64,000 bases of DNA from Azolla caroliniana (Eukaryota; Plantae; Polypodiophyta), in contig JBHGNT010000012.1 of assembly GCA_043228905.1 (NCBI GenBank), positions 4,650,001 through 4,714,000 on the forward strand. The letters are read 5' to 3'. Positions 27,472-41,391 of this stretch are shown piece after piece. Both the position numbers and the translations under genes were made by a program. Below the pieces are notes generated by a model. The model ran no database searches, had not been told where the DNA came from, and saw only the letters and a list, made by a program, of their open reading frames with translations. Numbering within the stretch: the stretch's first letter is position 1; each line of letters starts with the position of its first letter.

Positions 27472-30400
27472 TGTGAAGAATAATGTGGAATATTGCTCGG
27501 CCACAACGGAGTCTTGAATTACAAAAATGGGAAGTAGAGAGTACACAGAATATTTACATGGAAAACCCTAATAGGGAAAAACCACAAGACCTCACGGACT
27601 CCAACTATCACTATATGAGAGGAAATACAAAGTGGAGACAAAGGCAACAACCTCGTGCTCGCAATCTTCGCCTGGTGGCGGTTACAATAGAAAGTGCTCG
27701 TAGCTACTATCTTGCTCTCTCTCTCTCTATATATATATATATAACAGTTATCTCTACAACAATATGACAACCCTCTCTGCACGTATATAAAGTGATTTCC
27801 CTAAGTCATATTTATACTTGTATGAACTTAGGGCTATTTACAAATATAGCCTCAATAGGCTTACTCAAAAGACATACTTACAAATATGTCTTCTCTTCCG
27901 GTTCTCACCGGGTCTCCTCCGGTTTCCGGATCTCTTCTGGTTCTCATCGGGTCCATCCGATTCGGTTTTTGGATCTCTTCTGGTTCTCACCGGGTCCTCT
28001 TAATTCATAACCGGATCCCATCTGGAGGGACTGATTTCCCAACAATCTCCCCCTTCACTCTGGCATGGAATGTCTCATCAGCCCGATCCGCTTTCGACAC
28101 ACATCCAACTTGTCGGTTGTCAACACCTTGGTCAGCATATCCGACCCGTTCTCCTCCGTGTAGATCTTCATCAGCACGAACTCTTGATCTTCTACTCTCT
28201 CCCAGATCCAATGGCACCTCCACTGGATATGTTTCGTCCGGGAATGGTAGGCCGCATTCTTTGCAAGGTGGATGGCACTTTGATTGTCGTAGTAGAGCCA
28301 ATATTCCTCTTGTTGGATCCCTAACTCTCCGATGAAGTCCTTCATCCAGATTATCTCCTTGCCGGCTTCCATAGTTGCCATGTACTCTGCCTCCGTGGTT
28401 GACAACGCAACCATCTTTTGAAGCCTCGACTGCCACGAAACAGCTCCCCCTGCATAAGTCATGACATATCCAGATGTAGACCGGTTGGTATCCGCATCAG
28501 CCGACATATCCGAATCTGTGAAACCATCAAGTTGGGGTATTCCGGAGCAAAACCAGAGGCACATACTCGAGGTGCCTTTTAGATACCGGAGTATCCACTT
28601 GACTGTGTTCCAGTGCTCTCTTCCGAGATTGCTCATGAACCGGCTCACCACTCCGACCGCATATCCAATATCCGATCGGGTACATACCATCACATACATC
28701 AAGCTTCCGACGGCAGAGGCATATGGAATCTTCATCATATCCGTCTTCTCCGCCTTTGTCCTCGGGCTTTGTTTTCCGAATAGCTTGTAGTTTGCCGGAA
28801 GTGTCGATCCGACCGGTTTCACCTCTGATGTGTTGAACCGTTGAAGCACCTTTGTCATGTACTTCTCGTGTGACAACCACAACAGCTTCTTCGACTAGTG
28901 CCGGATGATGTGCATTCCCAATATCTATCTTACCAAACCCAAGTCTTTCATTGAGAAGGTCCGGTTCAAAGCTTTCTTTAGCATCTGAATCTTGCCTTGG
29001 TCTCATCCGACGATCAGCATATCATCCACATATAGGAGAAGTATCAGGAAATCTCCTACGTCAAATTTCTTCACAAACACGCAATGATCGGCCTGCATCT
29101 TCTGGTACCCTGGGTCAGTCATGAAGGAGTCGACCTTCCGGTACCATTGCCAGGGAGCTTGCTTTAGTCCGTATAAGCTCTTCTTCAGTCAGCACACTAG
29201 GTGCTCCTTCCCTTTCTTCTCAAATCCTTCCGATTGATGCATGTAGATCTCTTCTTCGAGGTCGCCATGTAGGAATGTCGTCTTGACATCCAGTTGCTCT
29301 ACCTCGAGGTCCATGCTTGTCGCTATGGTCAATACCATCCGGATGGATGTCATCTTAACTACCGGGGCAAAAATCTCATCGAAGTCAACTCCCTTCTTCT
29401 GCAGGAAACCCTTCACTACAATTCGGGCTTTGTATCTCAGCGGGTTTCCGGCATCTCCCAGTTTCATCTTGTACACCCACTTGTTCCGGAGTGCTCCCTT
29501 TCGGCTACTCCGTCAGTTCATATGTGTGGTTCTCATGCAGGGAATCCATCTCGTCTTGCAGGGCACTCAATCACTTGCGGTTGTGGGTGTCTCTCTTTGC
29601 TTCTTCGAAGCTTTCTAGCTCCCCCTCATCAATTAGCAACACAGGCTCTACATCCGGTAATCTCCGGGGGGCTCTTCTCTCTTGAAGAGGATATCTCCGT
29701 CCCTGGTTTCTGACCACCGGTTCCGCCGTTTGTTCCTCATCCTCATCCGATTCGAGATCTTGTCCAGTTCCAGTGTCTTCTTTTTCTTCTTCTTCATCTT
29801 CGGTCAGTTTGGTTTCTTGTCCGTATCCGGCCGGTTAGTCGAGTGTCATCTGGTTACCAACTACCATCCGGTTTTCAACTGGGTAGGTCCTTGTGTCCGC
29901 AAGCCGGTTTTCATTGGATGATCCGGAGTTCATCATCTTCTTTTCTGACTCCCAGTCGGCAATGGTCATGTCTTCCATGAAGACTCTGTGCCGACTCTGC
30001 AACACTTTCTTGTCGACCAGATCCCACACCCGGTAACCGAACTCATCATCACCATATCAAAGGAATATGCATGGCCTGGACTTCGGATCCAACTTTGCTC
30101 TCTTATCCTTTGCAACATGCACATATGCGAGACATCCGAACACCTTCAAATGCCAATAAGACACGTCATTACCGGTCCATACTCTTTGCGGTGTGTCTCC
30201 GTCCAAGGGTGTTGAGGGTGATATGTTTATCACATATGTCGTCATCCCAAAATGTCTTGGGTGGCTTTGCATGTGCCAGCATGCTCCAGACTCTCTCCAT
30301 CACGGTTCGGTTCATCCATTTAGCCAGTCCGTTCAATTCCGGCGTCTTCGGCACGGTAAACTCGAGCCGATTCCCTTCGACTGGCAATACTCCTCAAACT

Positions 30401-33053
30401 ACCCCCGGTATTCTCCTCCGTTGTCTACTTGAACCACCTTTAACTTCCAGCCGGTTTCTCTTTCCACTGTCGTGTGGAGCTCCTTGAAGACGGATAGCAC
30501 CTGATCCTTCGTCTTCAACGGTGACACCCACAGCTTTTGGTTGTGGACGTCTATAAACGTCACGAAGTACTGCGGTCCGGCATGTGACTTCGTGTCCACT
30601 TGACACACATCGGTATACACCAGCTCTAGTGGTGCATTCCGTCTCATCGGTGGTCATGACCAGAAGGAGGTTCGGTTTTGCTTGCTAGCCAAGCAATCGG
30701 TGCACTTCTCAGGATGCACATCTTTCACCTCCGGAATAAGGTTGACTTCGGGAAGTCTCTTCATCCCCTTCTGACTCATGTGACACAGTCTCTTGTGCCA
30801 TAGCTCACCGGCAGTGTCGAATGCAACATTCACTTCTTCCCGGCATATCCGGGCATGTATCAAGTATAATGTGTTGACCTTTTGGGCTCGAGCTACTATT
30901 AGGCTCCCTTTGCTGAACTTCATAACTCCGTTTCGGATGCTACCCATGTAGCCTTCATCATCTAGCCGACCGGCTGATATCAGGTTCAGTCGAACCTCCG
31001 GAACGTGTCGGACATCCTTCAGTAGCAACTTGCATCCAGTTGATGTTGTCAACAACACATCTCCTATGCCGACTATTCGGCATGTACCTTCATTCCCCAT
31101 CCGGACACAACCATGATCTCCGGCTGTGTAGGATGAGAAGCATCTCTGGTCCGGTGTCAGGTGGAACGACGCTCCGGAATCGACAACCCACATTGTCTCG
31201 TCGTTGACAAGGTTTAACTCATTCTCCTCGGTAATGAGCATCAGTTCTTCTTCACTTGTCACGATTGACAACGTTCCCTTCCGATCCGAGCCTTTCCGGT
31301 CCGAACCCTTCTTCGAATCGGCACTGTCGGTTCCTTTCTCTTTCCGAAAATGCCAACAGTTCTTCTAAAAGTGCCCCAACTTCCCACAATAGAAGCAAGT
31401 AGGCCTCCCCCTTAACTTTCACCTCGTCCCCGATTTGTCCCGGTTTTGGGGACTCTTGATACCGGCCTCTTCCCCGGTTGTGGTCATCTTCCATGACCAA
31501 GGCCTTCGGATCGGTTCCGGACTCCCGGTCCTTCCGGCGAGCTTCTTCATCTAGCAAGCTTGACTTGACTCTTGCTAGGGACAACTGTTTTCCTTCCGGC
31601 CCAGCATTGCCCAACGTGACAATTAGCGTCTCCCAACTATCCGGGAGGGAACCGAGCAGGAGTAACGCGAGTACCTCATCAACAAGAGGTACATCCAACA
31701 AGGTTGCTTAGTGGATCAGTCCCTGGAAGGCATTCATGTGTTTTGTCATACTAGAGTCGTCCCGGTACCGGAGCCTCACTAGCTTCCGGAATACCGAAAC
31801 CCGATTAACAGCATTCTGGTTATGGAACATGATGTCGATCTACTCCCAGAGTTCATGAGCCTTGCTCTCTTCATTGAAGTTGTTGTACAGGCTCATGTCG
31901 ATGAAGCACCAGATATATGTCATAGTCTTCATTAACAATAGGCAACGGTTTGGTTTGAAACGAACCGAACTGCGAAACCACAGTTTAACGGCTTAACGGT
32001 TTGGCTCAGTTCGGTTCTGTTTCAGTTCGGTTGCATCATAAAAAAACCGTGGTTTAAACGGTTAAACGGTTTTTTTTCTTTCTTTTTAAAAAAATTAAAA
32101 ATTAAAAAAAAATTCTAAAAAAAATCTAAAATTGTTTTTAAACAATCTTTTCGTTTTTAGACCTTATTTTCACATTTTAGGAACATCGTAAAAAAAAATT
32201 TAATGAAATATTATAAATTTTAAAAATTTAAAAATTTGACCTATGTTGAAAACCGAAACCGAACCACGAAATCACGGTTTTTACAGTTTAATGGTTTAAC
32301 GGTTTGAAAAATGTTTATCGGTTCAGTTTTGCGGTTCGGTTCGGTTTGGTTCAAGTTTCAAAAATTTTGTCTGGTCTCTTGTCCCCGACCTAAACCGGAA
32401 ACCAAAGATCTTTAACCATCAGCATATCCCTCATCTTCGACATCCACACTTAGTAGTTGGAGCCGGTGAGCTTGAATATGCCACCGAAGGATTCTTCCAT
32501 TTCCTGTGTTGTTCGCTCTGATACCAGATTGTGAAGAATAGCGCGGAATATTGCTCGGCCACAACCAAGTCTTGAATCACAAAAATAGGAAGTAGAGAGT
32601 ACACAAAATATTTACGTGGAAAACCCTAATAGGGAAAAACCACAGGAGCCCACGAACTCCAACTATCACTATATGAGAGGAAATACAAAGTGGAGACACA
32701 GAGGCAACGACCTCGTGCTCGTGATCTTCGCCTGATGGTGGTTACAACAAAAAGTGCTCGTAGCTACTATCTTGCTCTCTCTCTATATATATACAACAAT
32801 TATCTCTACAACAATATGACAACCCTCTCTGCACGTATATAAAGTGATTGCCCTAAGTCATATTTATACTTTTATGAACTTAGGGCTATTTACAAATATA
32901 GCCTCAATAGGCTTACTCAAAAGACATACTTACAAATATGTCTTCTCTTCCGATTCTGACCGGGTATCCTCCGATTTCAAGATCTCTTCCGGTTCTCACC
33001 GGATCCTCTTCATTCATAATCGGATCCCATCCGGAGGGACCGATTTCCCAACA
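27472..33053 (-). mobile_element. Ty1/copia element G, degenerate (related to A/D)
   Basis: LTRs 27472-28044 and 32530-33053. TSD AGATG/AAATG. PBS-iMet 32515-32526. PPT beside 28045. pol fragments are homologous to A/D with many stops and frameshifts. Confidence 0.93.
31933..32361. mobile_element. AT-rich non-autonomous DNA transposon (MITE-like) inserted in the gag of G
   Basis: AT-rich core with many AACCG/CGGTT subterminal repeats. The gag reading frame of G stops and resumes on either side. Confidence 0.65.
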
Positions 33054-35336
33054 AAATGTTGGTGATCGCCAGAAAGGACTTGGATGGAAAGAGCGGTGGA
33101 TATGGGGAGACCTAATTGGTGAACTAAGGTGGTGCTAATGGAAGAGATACTACTACTAGAGTTTAACAAAATGGTGTGGGTGCAGTGATTAATGTTGGCA
33201 AGAGCGGTGCATACCTTCGAACTGGAAGACGTGGACGCTTGGATGTGGAGGACTGGCTCTTCCATCAGCACCCTGGAAGTGAGTTTCCCGGAAGCTAAGC
33301 CAACGATGCCACATCAGCCATAGTTATCTAGACTTGTTACTTCTGAGACTATTGTTGCAATTTCGGTAGTGACGTCGGACATGTCCATAATTGTTGCAAT
33401 AGAAACACTTCGGGCGCCCTTGGCCATTGCGATTGGGAAGGTTGCAGTGAGCCTGCAATTGCATGTTTTGGACATCAATGTCCATGGGGGCCACACCTTG
33501 GTATTGGGCACGCAAGTCAGTCGATGATGGATGGGGCCACCATTGTTGGGAGTCAGATAACGTACAAGCGTACAAGCTTTGATGCGTTGGGCAATGAGGA
33601 TGGCATCGTTGAATGTCTTGGGACCTTGGTCCCGAGCGCAATGAGTGATGTCATGGCGCAAACGGGGCCTTAAGAAGAAAAGCTTCACATGCTCAGGCAT
33701 GGTAGGGTCGCCACGATAGAGGACTTGATTAAGGCAAACACCAAATTGGCCAACAGGTTCGTATGCTTGTTGCTACAAAGTTTCAAGTTGTTGTAACACC
33801 GTTTGGGCCGAATTTTGATGGGCGAAGTTTTGCAGGAGGAGATCCCGGAGGATCACCCAGTTCTCTATCATGTAGTTGATTGTTGGACGTACCAGGTGGC
33901 AACGACATTTTCGAACAGGGTATGAACTTCCAAAGCTTTGCGCTCGTCAGCCAACAATGGTAACTAGAGATCATCTCAAAGTGGTCCAACATTTTCGAGC
34001 AGGGTACAAACTTCCAAAACTTTGTGCTCGTCAGCCATTGATGGTAATTGGAGATCATCTCAAAGTGAGGGGGAAGAGTTGGTGGGGCAAGACATAAAAG
34101 TGGTGTGAGAAGGTGAGAGTGCCTAAGGTGAAGGTGTAGTGGGCTTGCGTGCAAGAGTGGTAAAGATGTTGGTGATCGCCAAAAAGGACTTGGATGGAAG
34201 GAGCAGTGGATGTGGGGAGACCTAATTGGTGAACTATGGCGGTGCTAATGGAAGAGATACTACTACCAGAGTCTAACAAGATGGTGTGGGTGCAGTAATT
34301 AATGGGGGCGAGAGCGGTGCATACCTGCCAACTGGAAGAGGCGGGCGCTTGGTTGTGGAGGGTTGGCTCTTCCATCAGCACCCCAAAAGTGAGTTTCCCG
34401 AAATCTCAGCCAACAATGCCACATCATCCATAGTTATCTGGACTTCTGCTTGTGATACTTTTGTTGCAATTTCCGGCAATGACATCGGACGTGTCCATAA
34501 TTGTTGCAATAAAATCACTTCCAACGCCCTTGGCCATCGCGATTGCGAAGGTTGCGGAGAGCCTGCAGTTGCATGTTTTGGACATCAATGTCCATGGGGG
34601 CCACGCCTTGGTATTGGGTGCGCAAGTCAGTCGATGATGGATGGGGCCAATGTAGTTGGTAGTTAGATAACATACAACTTCGATGGTTTAGGCAATGAGG
34701 ATGGCATCATTGAATGTCTTGGGACCTTGGTCCCAAGCGCGGCGAGTGATGTTAGGGCGCAAACGGGGCCATAAAAGATGGTAAGGTCAGCACAAACGAG
34801 GTGTTGATTGAGGCAAACACCAAATTGGCCGACTGGTTCGTGTGCTTGCTGCTGCAATGTTTCAAGTTGTTGTAACGCCGTTTGGGCCGAATTTTGATGG
34901 GCGAAGTTTTGCATGAGGAGATTCCAGAGGATCACCCAATTTTGTGTCACGTTGCTTGATTGTTGGACGTTTCAGGTGGCGGCAACATTTTCGAGTAGGG
35001 TACAAACTTCCAAAGCTTTGCGCTCGCCAATCATCGATGGTAACTGGAGATCATCTCAAAGTGGTTCAATCAAGCTAAGACATCCTCGGAAGGACTTTGG
35101 ACGGACCTTGGAATCTAGCCGATCGTGAGTGCAGTCATTGTTAGCGGAGAGCAAGGAGAGCATAGCTTGCTTTGTATGGTTGATTTGAAGCATGGCGTTG
35201 GAGAGGAGTTGGAGGAGTTGCTTCATTTGGAAAGCGGGGTGGTCATTCGTGAGGGTGCGAGAACTCGGGCTCCATCGAGGTGTCGGCGTTTTAGGCGACG
35301 GGAGGGAATTGGGATGTCATGAACAATGCGGTAATA

Positions 35337-35781
35337 TGACTTAAATCGAACCCCGCTTCTCCACCAATTATGTGAAATGCACATAAAAGGAAACCAAACC
35401 AGCTTGCCTAGCTTCTTACTTATCATTCAATTTATATAAGATACAAAGGTACCCATTTTGCGCCGGCCTAACTACATGCGTCTCAAAAGGGTGTGCTAAA
35501 GGGTGGACTAAAACCAGTGGGGTGCTAAAAGGGTGGTGTGTTAAGAGGCGTGCACTCACATGAAAGGGACACCACAATATTTTTTGTTAGATGGAGAATA
35601 AAGGTAGACTGAGGTTCCGAGTTTTGGGTTCCAAACAAACAACTTACAAAATTCATAGGAACAAGATTAGAACCAATCTCATATTCCATGATAATGGATG
35701 GTTGAAGAACAGAGCAACTAGGAATGGTGAAAAACATGGCATTAACATCCAATAGGACTTGGCAAGGAATATTTAAAGACA
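35337..35781 (-). repeat. Possible LTR upstream of the triplicated gag
   Basis: Imperfect inverted termini TGACTTAAA / TTTAAAGACA and TATA-like CTTATATAAA on minus at about 35431-35440. No TSD or PBS found. Confidence 0.35.
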
Positions 35782-36666
35782 TCTTACCTAGTGTTATGTA
35801 AAGGCGGGCACATATGACCCATACCTAATGTCCCTTCCTAGAAGAACACCCTGATTAATATGAAATATCAACAAAACTGGCCTAAAAAATCGAAATTGAT
35901 GAAAAGAAGAGAAAAGGCAAAGAAAGAATGACCTGGAAGATAATCCTTGAACATTACATACAAGCCATCCTCTGATGGGAATTTTCATTCACTCACGTTT
36001 TCCAATCTATTTGCCCTTAACTTTTAACGTTGATATAAGGGACCAAGGCAACTGATCTATTTACAATTGGTAGTCGTTCTCAGATATTATCAGATGAATA
36101 CTACAAATAAACTATACTTGGGCATCATGATATCAGTTTCCCGCTTGAAATAACAAGACAAAGCGCTTGAGTAACCAATCTACCATAGAAGTGTTGCTAA
36201 TATACTTTACTGCGAAAACAATTGTGGGAGCCAGCCAACAGAATTGAGAAAAAAACACTAGTTCTATCAAAAGATCAATTTCATAATCAATAAGGAAGAA
36301 GAAGAGATGATAGTTTAGCAAAACCAATACTAGAAAATACTAATAAGGTTACCGAACATAACCTCAAGTAATTTGCAACCAAAGGAATCTACGTTTCATT
36401 TACCTAAACCGCCTCTTACTGCATAATATTTGTGGCTAATCTAAAAAGAGCCGAGGAAAAACACATAGCTACCAATAATTTTTAACACACAAGGTTTTCC
36501 ACACGATCACATCAATTTTTGAGCAATATGTCCGATGTAAATAAAGCCAATCATATACTTGAGGTAAAATTTCAGTAAAAATGAGCTTCCAAGGTCTATG
36601 TAGTAGTAGAGGACAATACAACCTTTCAATGACGTTCAGTCTTCCGGTCACCATATACTACCACTT

Positions 36667-38977
36667 CTACACTGGATTCATCTTTCCAAGTTTCAACTTG
36701 ACATAGTGTTTGAAGAGATCTTTAGCTGAGAGAATAGAAATGGTGGCAAGGAGTATGACAGAGAACAATGACAGTGCAATACAGATCATCAGAAGATTGC
36801 AAAATTTTCCAAACGAGCTGCATTTCTCATCCCAACCACTTTTATCACTTCCATATTTGGTCAAATAAAACACTTCTGTAGCAGCCGAGGCAGCAGACAT
36901 CAACAAGTAAGCAAGAGCCTGCATTAATTACCAGCAACATTTAATCAGAAAGTGTTCACAAACATTCCATTATCACAATTTATTATCATTGATGTCTAAG
37001 ATAATACAAATCCTATTGATTTAAGATATTTATCTTCTTATGTGGTTCACCAACACAAGATACTTAAATTCAACCAAAATCCCATGCTAACTACAAAACA
37101 GCCACTAAGCCCTACACTCTTCTCTAGATTGATATCATAAGGCATTATTGGATTGAGAGACAAGGTTCTACCTGATCCAGAACGAAAACAATCCAAGTGA
37201 ATATTCTGTTTCCACGCATCCGTGTCACAATATCTGAGGCAGAGGATAAGGCTACCAGAAAAGAGTACCCTGCCACAACACCATTGGCATATAGAAGAAA
37301 GCTGCAAAGACGTAAACCACATATATTCAGCACGGATCAGCTAATGAGTATTAGAAGAATAATCATAAAATAAGAACTTCCCAATCAAGATAAACTTATC
37401 AAAAATAATGATGAGGACGTGAGAATTGGAGTCAAAAGAATTTGCGTACAATTAACGTTTCTACATGAAAAAGGAAATAAAACAAAGATATTGAAAATGA
37501 TAAGTGCACTCATTGCGGATCAAACTATAGATTCAAGGGCAAAATAAGGAAGAAACTAACAGAGTCAGATAATGAGTATTAGAAGAATCATCATAAAATA
37601 AGACCTTCCCAATCAAGATAAACTCATCAAACATAATGACGAGGATGTGAGAATTGGAGTCAAAAAAATTTGCATACAATTAACGTTTCTACATAAAAAA
37701 GGAAATAAAAGAAAGATATTGAAAAAGACAAATGCACTCATTGCGGATCGAACTATAGATTCAAGGGCAAAACAAGGAAGAAACTAACAGCTTAACAAAA
37801 TAAAATGCTAGGAACCTTGGTATTCTAATTAAATGTCCAAAAAATGTGCGAGAGCAACGCATACAGGAAGAAACCCAGAGCATAAGGAGACAACTAATCA
37901 AATGTACCACTCAGAATAACGCTTAGTGTATTCACAGAAATACAATCAGAACATTAATGTAATTTTAAATATTTCACCAGAGATAAACCCTTACGGAAAA
38001 TATGTCCCCAACTTAAGACTGCAAAAAACTGTGATATAGAACATAGCACGAAGCAATGACACTACCTAATATCCAACTAAGAGAAGTATGCCTTGAAGAG
38101 GTAGTTTACATGAACGGAAAAAGAAAGAACATTTAATGAAGCACGGTATACTTAACTGCGAAAAACAGAACTCCAAAGAAAACGCATAAAGAAAAAGAAA
38201 CTAAATGGCAGAAATGCTCCTGACTAGAAAATCGAGCAAAGAACGCAAGTCTGGTTCTCAACATGGAACGACTGATGCAGGCATAAGGGTAGACGTATGG
38301 GAGAAGAAGAATAGACTTCAAAGAATACAGATAGCAGAATGTTTGCACAAGGAACAAACAAGGAAACCAAAATATATAATAAGATGGCTGGTGCAGTCAA
38401 ACAGCGTAAAGTAATGTAGGCCCAAACTTCAGAACCTAAAGGACGCAGGGAATTTGATTAAGAGAGAAAGGAAACAAAAAATATACCAAAATGATGCAGA
38501 CAATCTGATGAAGAGAGCAGGAAACAAATGATGCACTGAAACACACAATCATACTTCTTTGGAAGCGAAAGGAAAAGAGGGAGAAAGTGATGCAACTCGA
38601 AGAACTGCAGACTAGAGAAAGAATATTTCAGCAAACAAGAGGAGCTGTGAAAATCATTTGAAACGTGTAGAGGTGACGGAAAAAAGAGAGGATTAGTGGA
38701 ACGACAACAGATCAATAGAAGTAACGATAATACGCAACAGGCAGACAAATAAGAGTAAGGTGGAAGACGCAAACGAATGGAGCAAAAAATAGAGAGCTTA
38801 CACGAGACCAGCGACGTAAGAATACTCGATACGTATGGGGGTGAGATGTCCTGCTGCCAGTTGATAGGAGGTCTGTTGACTTCTGGCAAGAAGAACAAGC
38901 GACACAGTAGACACTACAGAGATTATGCAGCGGAGGAACGCATCTACGGCACTTCCTTTCTCACTATTGGCAGCCAT
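36667..38977 (-). CDS. CASP-like (MARVEL/DUF588) four-transmembrane protein, CASPL2-type; 3 exons 38977-38802, 37301-37172, 36918-36667; 185 aa
   Basis: GT-AG introns with consistent phases (176+130+252=558 nt). Motifs LR..S, FLLYANGVVAGYS, LDQALAYLLMSAASAA, W...C..FGKFC and SA..LF are typical of CASP-like proteins. Confidence 0.92.
37342..37790. repeat. Tandem duplication (about 225 bp x2) in intron 1 of the CASP-like gene
   Basis: Copies at 37342-37562 and 37570-37790 both run TAATGAGTATTAGAAG...AAACTAACAG with scattered substitutions. Confidence 0.9.
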
Positions 38978-39684
38978 GTTCACGAGCTAGTATTAGCTTC
39001 TCTGTGCTTTCTTCTGCTGCTCTCTCTCCTCTCTTTCTCTCTCTGAGCCTTCTCCTTTTCAACGACTATTTCTCTACTGGATTGCCGTAGCTTTATTCAC
39101 TGGTTACAGCTGCTTCCTTCTTTCTAATATTGCTCCTTTTTAAAAAACGTTAATCCTCCTTACGATCCCGCTGTTTCTCCTTACACTTCGTATGCCTCCT
39201 CTCTACGTTTCCTCCGTTTCTTCTTCTGTTTCTCCTCCTCCTCCTCCTCCTCCTCCTCCTCCTTCTGTAGCTGCCGTTCTTTTTTCCCCTCCTTCTTCTT
39301 CTGCTTATTTAGCTGCCGTTCTTTCTCCACCAATTTGTTCTTCTTCTTCTTTCCGCCGCTGCTCCTCCGATACTGAATACCAAAGACTTGTTCAGGCTAT
39401 GTCTGCCGTCTCGGCAGATAACTCCCTCAACGCTCCGTTTCCGAAGGACTTTCTGAGCAGCTGCTGCTGCTGCTGCTGCTGCTACGTTCGAATCGCTGGT
39501 GCGTGCGACACAGCAAGAGGCAAGGGGGGGAGTAGATTTCTGCAGGCAGAGCAGGAGAGAAGGAGGTAGGTTAGGTCAAGCAGAAGCAGGTAGCAATGGA
39601 GAGCGAGCAGGAGCAGGAAATAGATGTACGGGACTGCAAAACTGCAGAAGTATAAATGCAAGGAATAATGGCGGCAGGAGGAGG

Positions 39685-39711
39685 TGTGAGTGTGTGTGTG
39701 AGTGGGTGTGT

Positions 39712-39747
<36 letters not shown>

Positions 39748-39777
39748 ATATGTATGGCTGTGGGTGTGTGTGTGTAT

Positions 39778-39837
<60 letters not shown>

Positions 39838-39980
39838 ATATGTATGACTGTGGGTGTGGGTGTGGGTGTGTGGGTGTTAGGTCGAGAGAGTGAGAGGTGA
39901 GTGGGTGGCGGCATTAAATGAGGAGGTGAGGGTGAGGGTGAGGGTGGGCCCCAATCAATCAATCAATCAAATCCATCCCA

Positions 39981-40012
<32 letters not shown>

Positions 40013-40078
40013 CCATCCAATCGCCAAAAATACAAAGAAAAAAACTCTCCCAATTTTAAATGCTCTCCTGTTGAACCT

Positions 40079-40149
<71 letters not shown>

Positions 40150-40195
40150 TTTAAGTTCTATTTTTATTTTTATTTTTATTTTTATTTTTATTTTG
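39685..40195. repeat. Compound microsatellite block upstream of the CASP-like gene: (GT)n, (CTT)n, (CT)n, (TTTTTA)n
   Basis: Directly visible simple repeats; several ORF-track entries here are artefacts of them. Confidence 0.95.
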
Positions 40196-41059
40196 ATGAC
40201 GGGGTAGACACCCTATTTTATTGTAGACCGGGCCAAATTCTGGCCTTAGAAGACGTTAATTTACATTTCTTTCTTTCTCTCTCTCTCTCTCTCTATTTAT
40301 TCATTTCATTTTTACTTTATGTACATATAATATATATATATATGTACATACATGCATACATACATTCCACCAATATGTGCATTAGATAGCCCTTCTCCTC
40401 TTTCTCGTTCTAGGCTGGTTCATGCCACATTCCTTCGAAACGGCGAAGAATCATCGCCCCACACCTCCGCACACGCACACACACACACACACACATACTG
40501 CATGACAACAACCACATCAACGTTAACATTAATTTTCGGTTTCGGTCTCATCTGCCCGTATTTGACCTCAGCCAACTATTAATAAACTCCATCTATGAGT
40601 GAGAGACACAAAGAGAAAGAGAGAGAGAAAGAAAGAGAGTGTAAGAGTCAATGAATTTCTCTCGCAATCACATTGTGTGTGCAATCTCGATAGCGACATT
40701 CATTAATATAAGTTCTTCAACTTTGTCGAGAGTCACTACTCACTGTCTACAAGAGAGAGAGAGAGAGAGAGAGAGATACTTTTAACGTCCATAGAGAGGC
40801 TGATATTGACCCATGGGAACTAAGTACAAAAGTTTTCTTGATGTGAGTCTCCTTCCTAAGAGAGTGAGCAAGTCCATGAATTTCTCTCAATGTCACGATC
40901 TCCACACTTGATAGTGACATTTACTAGTAAAGTTCTCGAACATTGAGCGTCGCTACTCACTTTTCAACATGTATTGTTATGTTTATCTACTTATGAAGAC
41001 AATCATCAAGTTTGTTTCTTTTTCTCTCTCTCGGTAGTAAAAAAAAGTAGGAGTGAGCA

Positions 41060-41335
41060 ATAGCTTGGCTCAAGCATGATTCGAACCATTAAACCGTTTT
41101 TTAACAGTTTGGCGGTTCAATTAGACTCAATTCAAGCTTGAGCCTCCTTGACCGGTTTAACCTAGGTTTGGCAAGGCTCAAGCCAAACCAAACCATTTAG
41201 GGTCAAACCAGTTCAGGCTTAAACGGTTTTGGTGAAACCGATTATTAAACCGGTTCAATTCAAGTTTGAAAACTCTCAAACCGGTTTGGCCTTGACCGGT
41301 TAACCCAAAACCGAACCCTTGCCGATTATTAGTAA
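41060..41335. mobile_element. MITE-like element related to 31933-32361
   Basis: Rich in AACCG/CGGTT. The reverse complement of its right end (TAATAATCGGCAAGGGTTCGGTTT) resembles the left end of the 31933 element (CAATAGGCAACGGTTTGGTTT). Boundaries approximate. Confidence 0.5.
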
Positions 41336-41391
41336 CAAAAACACACAATTATATGTAAAACCCACTAGTAAAACTTCTTAGTCTTCTCTTC

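Larger units (their letters stand above)
26588..35320 (-). mobile_element. Ty3/gypsy gag-protease segment in three tandem copies (about 1.1 kb unit), one interrupted by copia G
   Basis: The anchor (g/a)aagtgagtttccc recurs at about 26588, 33276 and 34387. Gag motifs (ATWY..NWVIL.., PMDID, CFYCNNYGHV), protease ILLDSGSSIS, gag start near 35320. Confidence 0.8.

Noticed and set aside
39192-39962. Pro-rich, (VC)n and (HT)n ORFs
   Set aside because: Translations of microsatellites upstream of the CASP-like gene.
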